A DNA stretch of 47,724 nt from Myxococcota bacterium (GTDB lineage Bacteria > Myxococcota_C > UBA6777): contig JAKLKB010000036.1 of NCBI GenBank assembly GCA_023150835.1, positions 1 to 47,724 of the forward strand, written 5' to 3'. The translations under genes and the position numbers were made by a program. Numbering within the stretch: the stretch's first letter is position 1; each line of letters starts with the position of its first letter. Of this stretch, positions 37,992-45,993 are shown one piece after another. The notes under the pieces are model-generated. The model saw only the letters and a program-made list of their open reading frames with translations, was not told the origin of the DNA and made no database searches.

Positions 37992-38160
37992 TGGAAGTGA
38001 CGCAGTTGGATGGTTTTCGTGGGGTTTTACCCCACACCCCACAAGGGAGCGCGGCTCCCTTGACCCCGTATCGACGGGGAGATCATTGCATTTCAAACCA
38101 ACAGCCCTACCGCTTGGCATGGCGCGAACGCGGCTTTTTTTGTCAACGGCATCACTCCAA
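37992..38160. mobile_element. MITE-like dispersed element, family B copy
   Basis: Ends tggaagtgacgcagttg / caacggcatcactcca are imperfect inverted repeats; interior collinear with 23497-23650. Confidence 0.65.
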
Positions 38161-38235
38161 GACGAAGCGGGATGGCTCTTGTAGCGTTGGTGTGTGACAG
38201 GCTACGTCACAAGCAAGAGGGCGAAAACCAAGAGA

Positions 38236-38814
38236 TCAGGATCGGGCTTCTGAAAGCGCGTTGTATTCGAGATCTTTTTGCATCACCAAGGTATTTTCTC
38301 CGCCTTGTGTGGTGTAGTGGATCTGATCCATTAAGCGGCGGATCAAGTACAAGCCCAAGCCACCGCGATGACGGAGCGGGGGTCGCCCTTCTTTGGTGAT
38401 CGCCGCGATGCGTTCGGCCAATTGGGGGTCGCATCCAGCAGGCCCACGATCGTGGAGAGAGATCGTCAATCGCTGTTGTGTGAGTATGATGGAAGTGGCG
38501 CACCATCCGCGATCTTGGCCTGCGTAAGCGTGCCGCGAGATATTGGCGAGAGCCTCTTCGTAGGCAAGGATCAGATCACTTGCGAGATCTTCGTGCAAGC
38601 CCAACCGCCGAAAGATCCAAAAGGCCAAGGATCGCATCAAAGGGATCTCCGACAGAGATATCTCTGCCTGTAAGGTCGCGTGGTTGTCGGAGATGGCGTA
38701 GCGAAGGGAGAGATGAAAAGGTTCAGAAGGCTTGCAGCGATCGAGTTGTTCGTGCAGGTGTTCTTCGAAGTCTTTGGGGGAGAGTGCCGTGATGGAGATG
38801 CGTTCTTCGGACAC
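38236..38814 (-). CDS. Anti-sigma factor / Ser kinase (RsbW-like HATPase)
   Basis: LILAYEEALANISRHAY, ISLHDRG, RGGLGLYLIRRLMDQIHY, NTLVMQK; GTG 38814 after GGAG. Confidence 0.88.
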   Translation of the reverse strand: MSEERISITALSPKDFEEHLHEQLDRCKPSEPFHLSLRYAISDNHATLQAEISLSEIPLMRSLAFWIFRRLGLHEDLASDLILAYEEALANISRHAYAGQDRGWCATSIILTQQRLTISLHDRGPAGCDPQLAERIAAITKEGRPPLRHRGGLGLYLIRRLMDQIHYTTQGGENTLVMQKDLEYNALSEARS

Positions 38815-38858
38815 GATAGGACTCCCAAAGCATCCTAGGCACGCGCAACAAGCAAAGC

Positions 38859-39335
38859 TCACACTTCAAAGGGGGGATTGCCGCGCGCGTCTAGTGGTGG
38901 ACGATTCGGTCTCGGAGCATGAGCGCCCTCCATATAAACAAGATCAGGACGCGCCGTAAAGATGACAGCTTGTTGTTGGACCCAAACTTCGATGCGGTGC
39001 TGTAAAGAACGCAAGAGAAAAGTCCGAAACGACGGGATTAACAGCGCAAAGCCCGTCATATCGGTCAACAGGCCGGGCGTAATCAACAGCGCCCCCGCGA
39101 TCAAGATGCAGACGCCATCGAGAAGCTCGCGGGTGGGGACTTCGCCGCGTTGAAGGCTTTCTTGGATGGCGCGCAAGACCGCAAAGCCTTGATGACGGGC
39201 CAAGGCCGCCCCCAGAAATCCTGTCAACAGGATCAAGCCGATGGTCACGCCGATGTGAAAGTGTATCGTGATCTGAACGAAGATATACAACTCAAGCGCC
39301 GTCACGGTGATAAAAAGCAAAGAAAGACGAAACAT
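38859..39335 (-). CDS. fxsA: FxsA family membrane protein
   Basis: LELYIF, LTGFLGAALARHQG, LLITPGLLTDMTGFALLIP; ATG 39335 after GGAGG. Confidence 0.92.
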   Translation of the reverse strand: MFRLSLLFITVTALELYIFVQITIHFHIGVTIGLILLTGFLGAALARHQGFAVLRAIQESLQRGEVPTRELLDGVCILIAGALLITPGLLTDMTGFALLIPSFRTFLLRSLQHRIEVWVQQQAVIFTARPDLVYMEGAHAPRPNRPPLDARGNPPFEV

Positions 39336-39505
39336 CGCCCCCTCCTTCTTTTCAGGTGGAAAGATGCGGTGGATACGCTCACCCAAGCCTATCCCACACA
39401 AAAGCAGCGCCCATCATGGTGACGCCCGTCAGGGAAAAAAAGCCCCGTCCAAGAAACGCCCCCTCGCGCAACTGCTCTGTTCACCGGATTGAGCGGTTTG
39501 TTGGA

Positions 39506-39567
39506 TGGGGCGTTGCCCCATACGCGCCTTGTCGTACTTACCGTACTTACCGTGCTTTCCGTGCTTT
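39506..39567. repeat. Hairpin repeat (inverted copy of 139-165) followed by four 9-bp units
   Basis: tggggcgttgccccatacgcgccttgt then cgtacttac cgtacttac cgtgctttc cgtgcttt. Confidence 0.65.
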
Positions 39568-39611
39568 GCGAAGCGCGCAACTCCCGTTGGTCGTTGTCCG
39601 TGGACTCTTCT

Positions 39612-39727
39612 TTTCGATATCCTCTGCGTGATGCCCGCGTTTTGCACCAAGCCAGATGTGGCTTCACCTAACGCCGATGGGGGCTGCCCCTGCATCCTTA
39701 CGATCACACAACGGGCGGATTTCGTAT
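39612..39727. mobile_element. MITE-like element family A, diverged copy of 34286-34400
   Basis: Shares gggggctgcccct...ttacgat...caacgggcggatttcgtatcac with 34352-34403; left end cgatatcc; near-identical length. Confidence 0.65.
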
Positions 39728-41517
39728 CACTTCGAAGCGAAGGGGCTTGGGAGCATTCGAGGCTTTTTCTGATCGATCTTGACGCGCTGAAACTCGACGG
39801 TTTTCAACAAGAGGCTGGGTGCGATCGCCGAGACAGGGACATAACCCGATTCGGCTCCGCAAAAGCCGTTGAATACGCCATAATCGTCGCCTGTTGCGAT
39901 GATGTTGTTCACGACCGTTAGGGGAGTGCCGATCATCTCAAGCCCTTTGACAAGGGTTTGCTCGCCCGTTTTGGCGTCGATACGCAGAACAAGGTTGGGT
40001 CGGTTTTTGAAGGACTGGATATCGTAGGTGCTGGTGTGGGTGTAGCCCCCCGAAGATTTGCCGATGATAAAGGCGTAAGGTTTGCCCTGTTTACGGGCTT
40101 CTTCGATCAACATCGTGCGGAGTTGTTGGATGGGATGGGCGCGATGGCTGCGCACCAACAGGTTTCCTTGGCGACTGACAGGATTTGCACCAAAGACGCC
40201 GCGTCCGTGGCCGTTGGAGCGCTTGAATTGATCGATGGGTTTGCGCGAAAGCAAGAAATTTTGCAGGACGCCTTCTTTGATCAAGGGGACAGGTTGGGAA
40301 CGCACGCCCTGCTCATCGACGAGATAGTGACCGTTGAGCGGGGTGTCTTGCCAACGGCGAAGGGTGGGATCATCCAGAACGGAAAGGAAAGAGGGGATAA
40401 TTTTTTTGCCGATCTTGGAGCGAAAGGTGCGTCCGTCCGACTCGCTCAACATCCGCTGCGCTTCGAGACGATGCCCAAGAGCCTCGTGAAACAACACACC
40501 GGCCACATCGTTGAGTAAGATCGCGGGTGCTTCGATGGGTTCGGCTTCGGGTGCTTTGCTGAGATCGACGATCTCTTGGAGTGCGCTTTTTGTGATGGAG
40601 GTGAGCTGCTTTTCGTCGGGGAGGCCGGCCTCGGTGTCGAAATAAGCCAGCCGCGTGTTGGAGAGGTATTCTTTTTTTGCCGAGAGATAGGACACTTGAA
40701 CGACATACATATAAAGCGTTTTGTGTTGAATGATCGCGCTTCCGTCGCTATCGACCATCACCACAGCGCCTTGTTGGCCGCCCAAAGAGATCGTCGCTTT
40801 GACGATGCGGGGATCTTTGAGCGAAAACAGCGAGACCTTTTTGGCGATCTGGTTCCATTTTTTCATATCGAAGCGAAGAAGTGGCGGAGCATCGGTGAGG
40901 AGGACGCGCTGTTCTTTAGAGAAGTCGCCGCTTTTGTCCTTGATCTCGACTTTGAGGCTTTGGACGTAGCGTTTGCGATGGTACTGCGCAAGGCTCTCTT
41001 TGTATTCGCGATCAGCAAGCTGCCAGAGTCGTTTGCGCAAGGTGGGTTCATCGAGTTCTTTGGAAAAGCTGGAGGGGAATTGGAGAAGGTGTCGGTAGAT
41101 CTGCCAGTCGCGACCGTCGGGTCCGGTGTTATCGCGCTGGTGGTCGCCGATGCGGATAGATACTTGGAGTTGGTGTTTTGGGGATTTTCGGTTGTCTTCT
41201 TGTTTGAGGATCACCCCATCGCTGGCTTGAAGAGAAACCGATTGGCTGCGGAGCAAGCGAAAGCTCGCATAATAGGCCCGAGGCAGCTTTTGGGCGCGGA
41301 AAAAGCTCATGTATCGCTGGAGTTCATCACGCAAGATCGACTGGTAGCGTTGGAGAGATTCGAGCGAACGGGCCAGTTTTTGAGCGTCGGTCTGTTTGGG
41401 CAAAACGGACGTTGAGACCACAGGAGGCTGTGCAAAGGCCGAAGAGGTGAAGGCAAACAATCCAAGAGCGAGCAGAGAACAGCGCAAGAAGGCGGAGGAT
41501 CGGGTGGTTTGGGTCAT
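39727..41517 (-). CDS. TldD/PmbA-family metalloprotease with signal peptide
   Basis: HEALGH zinc motif, DEQGV, SNGHGR, RQGNL, FCGAESGYVPVS; signal peptide ending AFA; ATG 41517 after AAGGAG. Confidence 0.88.
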   Translation of the reverse strand: MTQTTRSSAFLRCSLLALGLFAFTSSAFAQPPVVSTSVLPKQTDAQKLARSLESLQRYQSILRDELQRYMSFFRAQKLPRAYYASFRLLRSQSVSLQASDGVILKQEDNRKSPKHQLQVSIRIGDHQRDNTGPDGRDWQIYRHLLQFPSSFSKELDEPTLRKRLWQLADREYKESLAQYHRKRYVQSLKVEIKDKSGDFSKEQRVLLTDAPPLLRFDMKKWNQIAKKVSLFSLKDPRIVKATISLGGQQGAVVMVDSDGSAIIQHKTLYMYVVQVSYLSAKKEYLSNTRLAYFDTEAGLPDEKQLTSITKSALQEIVDLSKAPEAEPIEAPAILLNDVAGVLFHEALGHRLEAQRMLSESDGRTFRSKIGKKIIPSFLSVLDDPTLRRWQDTPLNGHYLVDEQGVRSQPVPLIKEGVLQNFLLSRKPIDQFKRSNGHGRGVFGANPVSRQGNLLVRSHRAHPIQQLRTMLIEEARKQGKPYAFIIGKSSGGYTHTSTYDIQSFKNRPNLVLRIDAKTGEQTLVKGLEMIGTPLTVVNNIIATGDDYGVFNGFCGAESGYVPVSAIAPSLLLKTVEFQRVKIDQKKPRMLPSPFASK

Positions 41518-41549
41518 GAAAACTCCTTTTTGTGGAGGGCAGAAAAAGC

Positions 41550-44500
41550 TTAAAAAGCTTCTCCGATAGAAAAGTGGAATTGCCAGTCGCGTTGGAGAGG
41601 ATAACGATCGGCGTCTGGGAAAAGACGCCAAGCGATATCCAGTCGGATGGCCCCGATCACGGTGTGATAACGGATGCCAAAGCCAAGGCTCCAGCTTGGG
41701 CTAAGATCCGAGGGAGGGGCATTCTTGGCATCGTCCCAAAAACGACGTTCCAATTGAACCACCCCGACATCGGCAAACAAGACGATCCCAAGCGAACTCA
41801 CAAGAAAAGAAAGTGGGATGCGAAGCTCCAACGATCCGTAGATCTCTTGTTCACCACCCATCGGGATCACTTGGACGATGGTATCGGACACAGGGCCATA
41901 TTCACCGCGTCGGCCATCTTGGGAAAGCGAATCGTTGTAGCGCGCCATATCACGAAAACGATCGAGCGCGTTGCGCCCCGTCTGTTCGCGACAACGGACG
42001 CCACCAGTAGCGCTCCCAGCCCCTGAAAGCGTGACCGCATCGCCTGTTCGGATGCGAAAGTCGGTAATGCCGCTTTCTCCGCTGGAGGTGTTGGTTTCGA
42101 CGTAGTTGGGATTCGCGCTTTGAAAGCTTCGTTGGCACGCCAAAGGCCCAAGATACCGGGCTGTCCAGCCCCGCACACTGTTTGCGCCCCCGAGATAAAA
42201 ACGCTGCGTCAAGGGGCTTCGGTACACAACGCTTGAGGTGCGTTTGTCTTCGTCGGTGATACCGAAGTTCGGGGGCGAATCGCCGATCAGACGTGTCGAA
42301 AACAGCACACCATACTGAAAGCGCCCTGCGAGGATGACCTTGTCAGGGCCGAGGGTGGCGAGAGGGATGTAGAAACTGAGTTCGGGTGCAGCTTTGAAAT
42401 AAGCGTAGGAGCCAAGGGCTTGTTGGAGTGTGATCTTGAATTCAAACCCGCTGATGCGGCGGATCGGATCGTTGAGCCAACTCCAGATCAGTTGTTGCTC
42501 AAGGTACGCAAAGGCATAGGTTTCGCGCTCTCTTGGGAGCAAGACATTTTGCACGTTTGCAAGCTCCCCGTTGAGGCTGATGGTGCCTTGGATCGTACCG
42601 AATGTCGGACTCACAAGCAGCGGATAAGAGACGCTCGCCGAAGGAACCAGCCGCCAAAAGTCGGCATCACCGATCTGTTGGGTGTAGCTCCCAAGCAAAC
42701 GCAAACGAAAGTCACCTTGACGCTCGTTGACAAAAAAAGGCTGCACAAACGAGGCAGAGCCCGTGACATCGGGTCCCGAGTCGATCCGTCGAAGTACATC
42801 GGGAAGAAACGACCAACCGGGCCGAAGTTGAAGTTCCAACCGCCCCAACTCACCGATGTTATGGATCGTGATGCTGCCGCTGACTTCGATCTGGTTGCGT
42901 TGTCCGTCGATCACAAGACCGCCCCCAAACTTGCCAAGTCCGGGTCGATCTTCGCGAAGTTCGAGGGTGATGGGGATGCTGACCTGTTCGTTGAGCGCTC
43001 GGAAAGCCCGTTCTTCGAGGACAGCGGAGGCTTGGAACTCTTTATCGAGCAAGGCGGTTTCTTTTTGAAGGGCTTGTTCTTGGAGCAAGAGCGGATCGAG
43101 TTGTTTTTGTGTGAGTTGGATCGCGTTGATATCGTTAAATAGCTCGATCATCTCGTCTTGAAGGGGTGTAATCGCGGTGCGCGACTTGTTCTTTTCGCGA
43201 TAGGCTTTGCGAAAAGCGCGAAGCTCTTTTGTTGCTTCGTCGATCAGACGGGCGACATCTTGTTTTTGGATCTCGATCTCGCCCGATCTTGGGACAAAAA
43301 GCGGCGGAGGCTGTTGTTGTTCGCGTTTGGCGCGTGCGATCTGAAAAGCGCGGTAGCTGGTTTCGAGTCGGGCTTTTTGCTCGTAGTAGCGCTCGATCCA
43401 TGATTGTTTTTGAGCCGCCAGCTTTTCAAGGCGAGCTTTGTTTTGGTTTTGCTTTTCTGTTTTTTGGAGGCGGATATCACGGGCTTGTCGGATCTGATTG
43501 CGCAAGAAGGTTTGTCGAGCGCGAACGCCCGTGATATCGGGCTTAAAGTCGACCGCGCTAAACAGTCCAAGTCCTGAAAGGGTGCGTTGGGTTTGGATCA
43601 GCGTCTGGATCTTGTAGATCTCGCCTTTTTTGAACTTGATGTAGTTGCGCAAGGCTTTGTAGTTGACACGCGGAGGATACGAGCGCCCCTCGATCACCAG
43701 AGGCAAAGGCTTGAGAGCGATCTCTCCAAAGCGGCAAGAAGGCCCGCTGTTGATGATCAAACGCATCTTGACCGCTGTTGCCGAACGCATCGGCGGCGTG
43801 GGAGCAACAGCATCGGGACTTGTTGCGGCAGGCGGACGCTGCGAGGATGGATTCGGTTTTTGGGGACTGGCCTTGATCTCCAAAGCGACATCTTTCTCGA
43901 TGATGACTTCACCCGTAAACTCTGCGAGGGCGAAACTCGCGTCTTGAAGACGCTGGATCACGGCGGCCTTGGTATTTTGGTAATCTGGCGTCGAAAAGCT
44001 CTCGCCCTTCTTGATCTTTAATCCCTGCAAGATCTCCGCTTTGAAGGCTTCTTCGATCTTGCGACGCCAAGCGATTTTTGCGCGCAAGGAGGGGACCTTG
44101 CCTTTGCCGTCCCACAGTTTGAGCTGGATCAGTTTTTTTCCGATGTACTCATCAGGCAGGCGCCCCAACTGCCAAATGATCTCCGCATCGGTCAAAAGCT
44201 CGGCCTGTGGGCCTTCTTGGATCTGAAAGATCACACGAACCCGTTGATAGGGACGATACGTGTTCTTTTGCGTCAGGATGATCGGAGAATGGGGGGCTTC
44301 TTCGACTTTTGCGCGATAAAACCCGTGATAGCGATAAGCATTTTGCAAGCGTTGAAGATCAGCCCGAACGATGGCCTTGTTGTAGACAGTGTATTGGCCC
44401 GAAGCCCGAAGCCTTGTGGTGCGCGCAAAAAACGCCGTAGGAGCGGTCTCGATGGCTTTTTGAAGCGTTGAATCGGAGAGTTTTTTGTTGCCTTGAAACT

Positions 44501-44627
44501 CAATGCCCCAGATCACTTGGGGGATGGCTCCGGGTCGTGTGGGCTTGGGTAAACTCATACACCCGCTCAGAAACACAGAACAGACCACCAACCATCGAGC
44601 GAACACTGCGGCAGGATCAGGCTTCAT
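41550..44627 (-). CDS. Omp85-family outer membrane protein (TamA/BamA-like), lipoprotein type
   Basis: Lipobox LSGC; POTRA motifs (IEFQGNKKLS, YRYHGFY, LSGLGLFSAV); RFYLGGANSVRGW; GIRYHTVIGAIRLDIA; C-terminal FHFSIGEAF. Confidence 0.9.
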   Translation of the reverse strand: MKPDPAAVFARWLVVCSVFLSGCMSLPKPTRPGAIPQVIWGIEFQGNKKLSDSTLQKAIETAPTAFFARTTRLRASGQYTVYNKAIVRADLQRLQNAYRYHGFYRAKVEEAPHSPIILTQKNTYRPYQRVRVIFQIQEGPQAELLTDAEIIWQLGRLPDEYIGKKLIQLKLWDGKGKVPSLRAKIAWRRKIEEAFKAEILQGLKIKKGESFSTPDYQNTKAAVIQRLQDASFALAEFTGEVIIEKDVALEIKASPQKPNPSSQRPPAATSPDAVAPTPPMRSATAVKMRLIINSGPSCRFGEIALKPLPLVIEGRSYPPRVNYKALRNYIKFKKGEIYKIQTLIQTQRTLSGLGLFSAVDFKPDITGVRARQTFLRNQIRQARDIRLQKTEKQNQNKARLEKLAAQKQSWIERYYEQKARLETSYRAFQIARAKREQQQPPPLFVPRSGEIEIQKQDVARLIDEATKELRAFRKAYREKNKSRTAITPLQDEMIELFNDINAIQLTQKQLDPLLLQEQALQKETALLDKEFQASAVLEERAFRALNEQVSIPITLELREDRPGLGKFGGGLVIDGQRNQIEVSGSITIHNIGELGRLELQLRPGWSFLPDVLRRIDSGPDVTGSASFVQPFFVNERQGDFRLRLLGSYTQQIGDADFWRLVPSASVSYPLLVSPTFGTIQGTISLNGELANVQNVLLPRERETYAFAYLEQQLIWSWLNDPIRRISGFEFKITLQQALGSYAYFKAAPELSFYIPLATLGPDKVILAGRFQYGVLFSTRLIGDSPPNFGITDEDKRTSSVVYRSPLTQRFYLGGANSVRGWTARYLGPLACQRSFQSANPNYVETNTSSGESGITDFRIRTGDAVTLSGAGSATGGVRCREQTGRNALDRFRDMARYNDSLSQDGRRGEYGPVSDTIVQVIPMGGEQEIYGSLELRIPLSFLVSSLGIVLFADVGVVQLERRFWDDAKNAPPSDLSPSWSLGFGIRYHTVIGAIRLDIAWRLFPDADRYPLQRDWQFHFSIGEAF

Positions 44628-45288
44628 CGTCGTTTTTCTACCCACAACATGAGATCAAGAGAAACATCGGGGACGCTCTATTTTGTCTTGGTTCCGAGAG
44701 ATTCGGGAAAAAAGATGCCCAAGGAAGCAGGATCGTGCGCTTAGGTTCGTGGATCCTACCCGTTGCGTCAAGGAGCGGCCAAAAGAATCTGCCACCAAGC
44801 GCATCGGACCGACACCGTAAGATGGTTTTGTGAAGAAGACGTTTTTCACACAAACGCCTCTACCGATTGGAATGTCCGCCCTCTGCGCGAAGGAGCGATA
44901 CTTGGGCAGAGATTGGAGCAGGGATGCTCCACGGATCGATGTTCCAGCCAAAGAGTCCTCCGCGAAAAGGCAGACGGACAGATCCTCGACAGAGATGGCA
45001 CAATTTATGATGAGGGCGCATCCACACAAACAGAACGCTGTCACCCCAAGGCAGATCGCTCAAACAAACAGAGAACAAAGCGGAGGGGTATCTCAAAAAG
45101 CACTCAGCTTTCTAATGCGAAAAGCGCCAAGCAGCGGTCGGTTTGGAAAAAGAAGAGACAAAAAACAAGCAAGATCGTTGAAAAGAGGCTCGCGGTTGGG
45201 CTATACAAGACGGCCTGTGCGAGATCAGCAAAGAAAACGAACCAAGGTTCGCGAAAAACACCGCGACCACGTCGAGGAGTGATAGACC

Positions 45289-45888
45289 ATGAAAAAGTTG
45301 CTGTTTTGGATCCCGTTGGCTTGCCTGTTTTGGGTTTCGTTGCCCGCTCAAGAAGCCGAGGCTTATTGGGGCTATCGCAACTATACCGTAGAACGCCAAA
45401 CCTTTCGTCCACGTTTTTCTGTGACGCTTGCGGGCGGTCTGCACTTTGTGGACTTTTTTGACAACGGATCGTACGGATTCACCTACGGCTTGATCGAAGC
45501 GGGTGGTCACTTGTGGGTTCATCCCAATATCTCGATCGACTTGAACGTCGGGGGACACCTGACAGCAAACAACTGGAGCGGGCAAGGATGGGGCTATTTG
45601 AGCATCAAACCGGGTGCGCGCTTCCGTTTTGGCATCTTTTACTTGCGGGCAGCCGTGGATCTTGGGTTTGGTTCCCCCCAAGTCTCGCCAACAACAGCCA
45701 CCGATATGCGTTCGCGCAGCAAAGAAAGTTCGCTGTTTTTGTTTGGCATCCTGATGGGTGCAGGGTTGCGCATCCCTGTGAGCCGCCATGTTCGGGTGTT
45801 TGGAGAGTTGACCTACCAGTTCAACTTCTCTCCTGATCCGCTGTATATGCCGTTCTACGGCCAAGTCGGTGTCGAAGTCGTCTTCTAA
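45289..45888 (+). CDS. Small outer-membrane beta-barrel protein
   Basis: GAGGAG RBS, signal peptide ending AEA, amphipathic strands, C-terminal GVEVVF. Confidence 0.8.
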   Translation: MKKLLFWIPLACLFWVSLPAQEAEAYWGYRNYTVERQTFRPRFSVTLAGGLHFVDFFDNGSYGFTYGLIEAGGHLWVHPNISIDLNVGGHLTANNWSGQGWGYLSIKPGARFRFGIFYLRAAVDLGFGSPQVSPTTATDMRSRSKESSLFLFGILMGAGLRIPVSRHVRVFGELTYQFNFSPDPLYMPFYGQVGVEVVF

Positions 45889-45993
45889 AAAGGTTTGCGA
45901 GTGGACAACAGGGGGAGGGTTCAGGGGAATTCAGGGGAACGGAGCAATCTTCATCCTTGCGGAGGGCGTTTCATCCGTAGGAGGTGGTCACAA

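Noticed and set aside
44628-45288. ORFs or ncRNA in the 660-bp divergent intergenic region
   Set aside because: Track ORFs look spurious and no RNA motif recognised; probably divergent promoters
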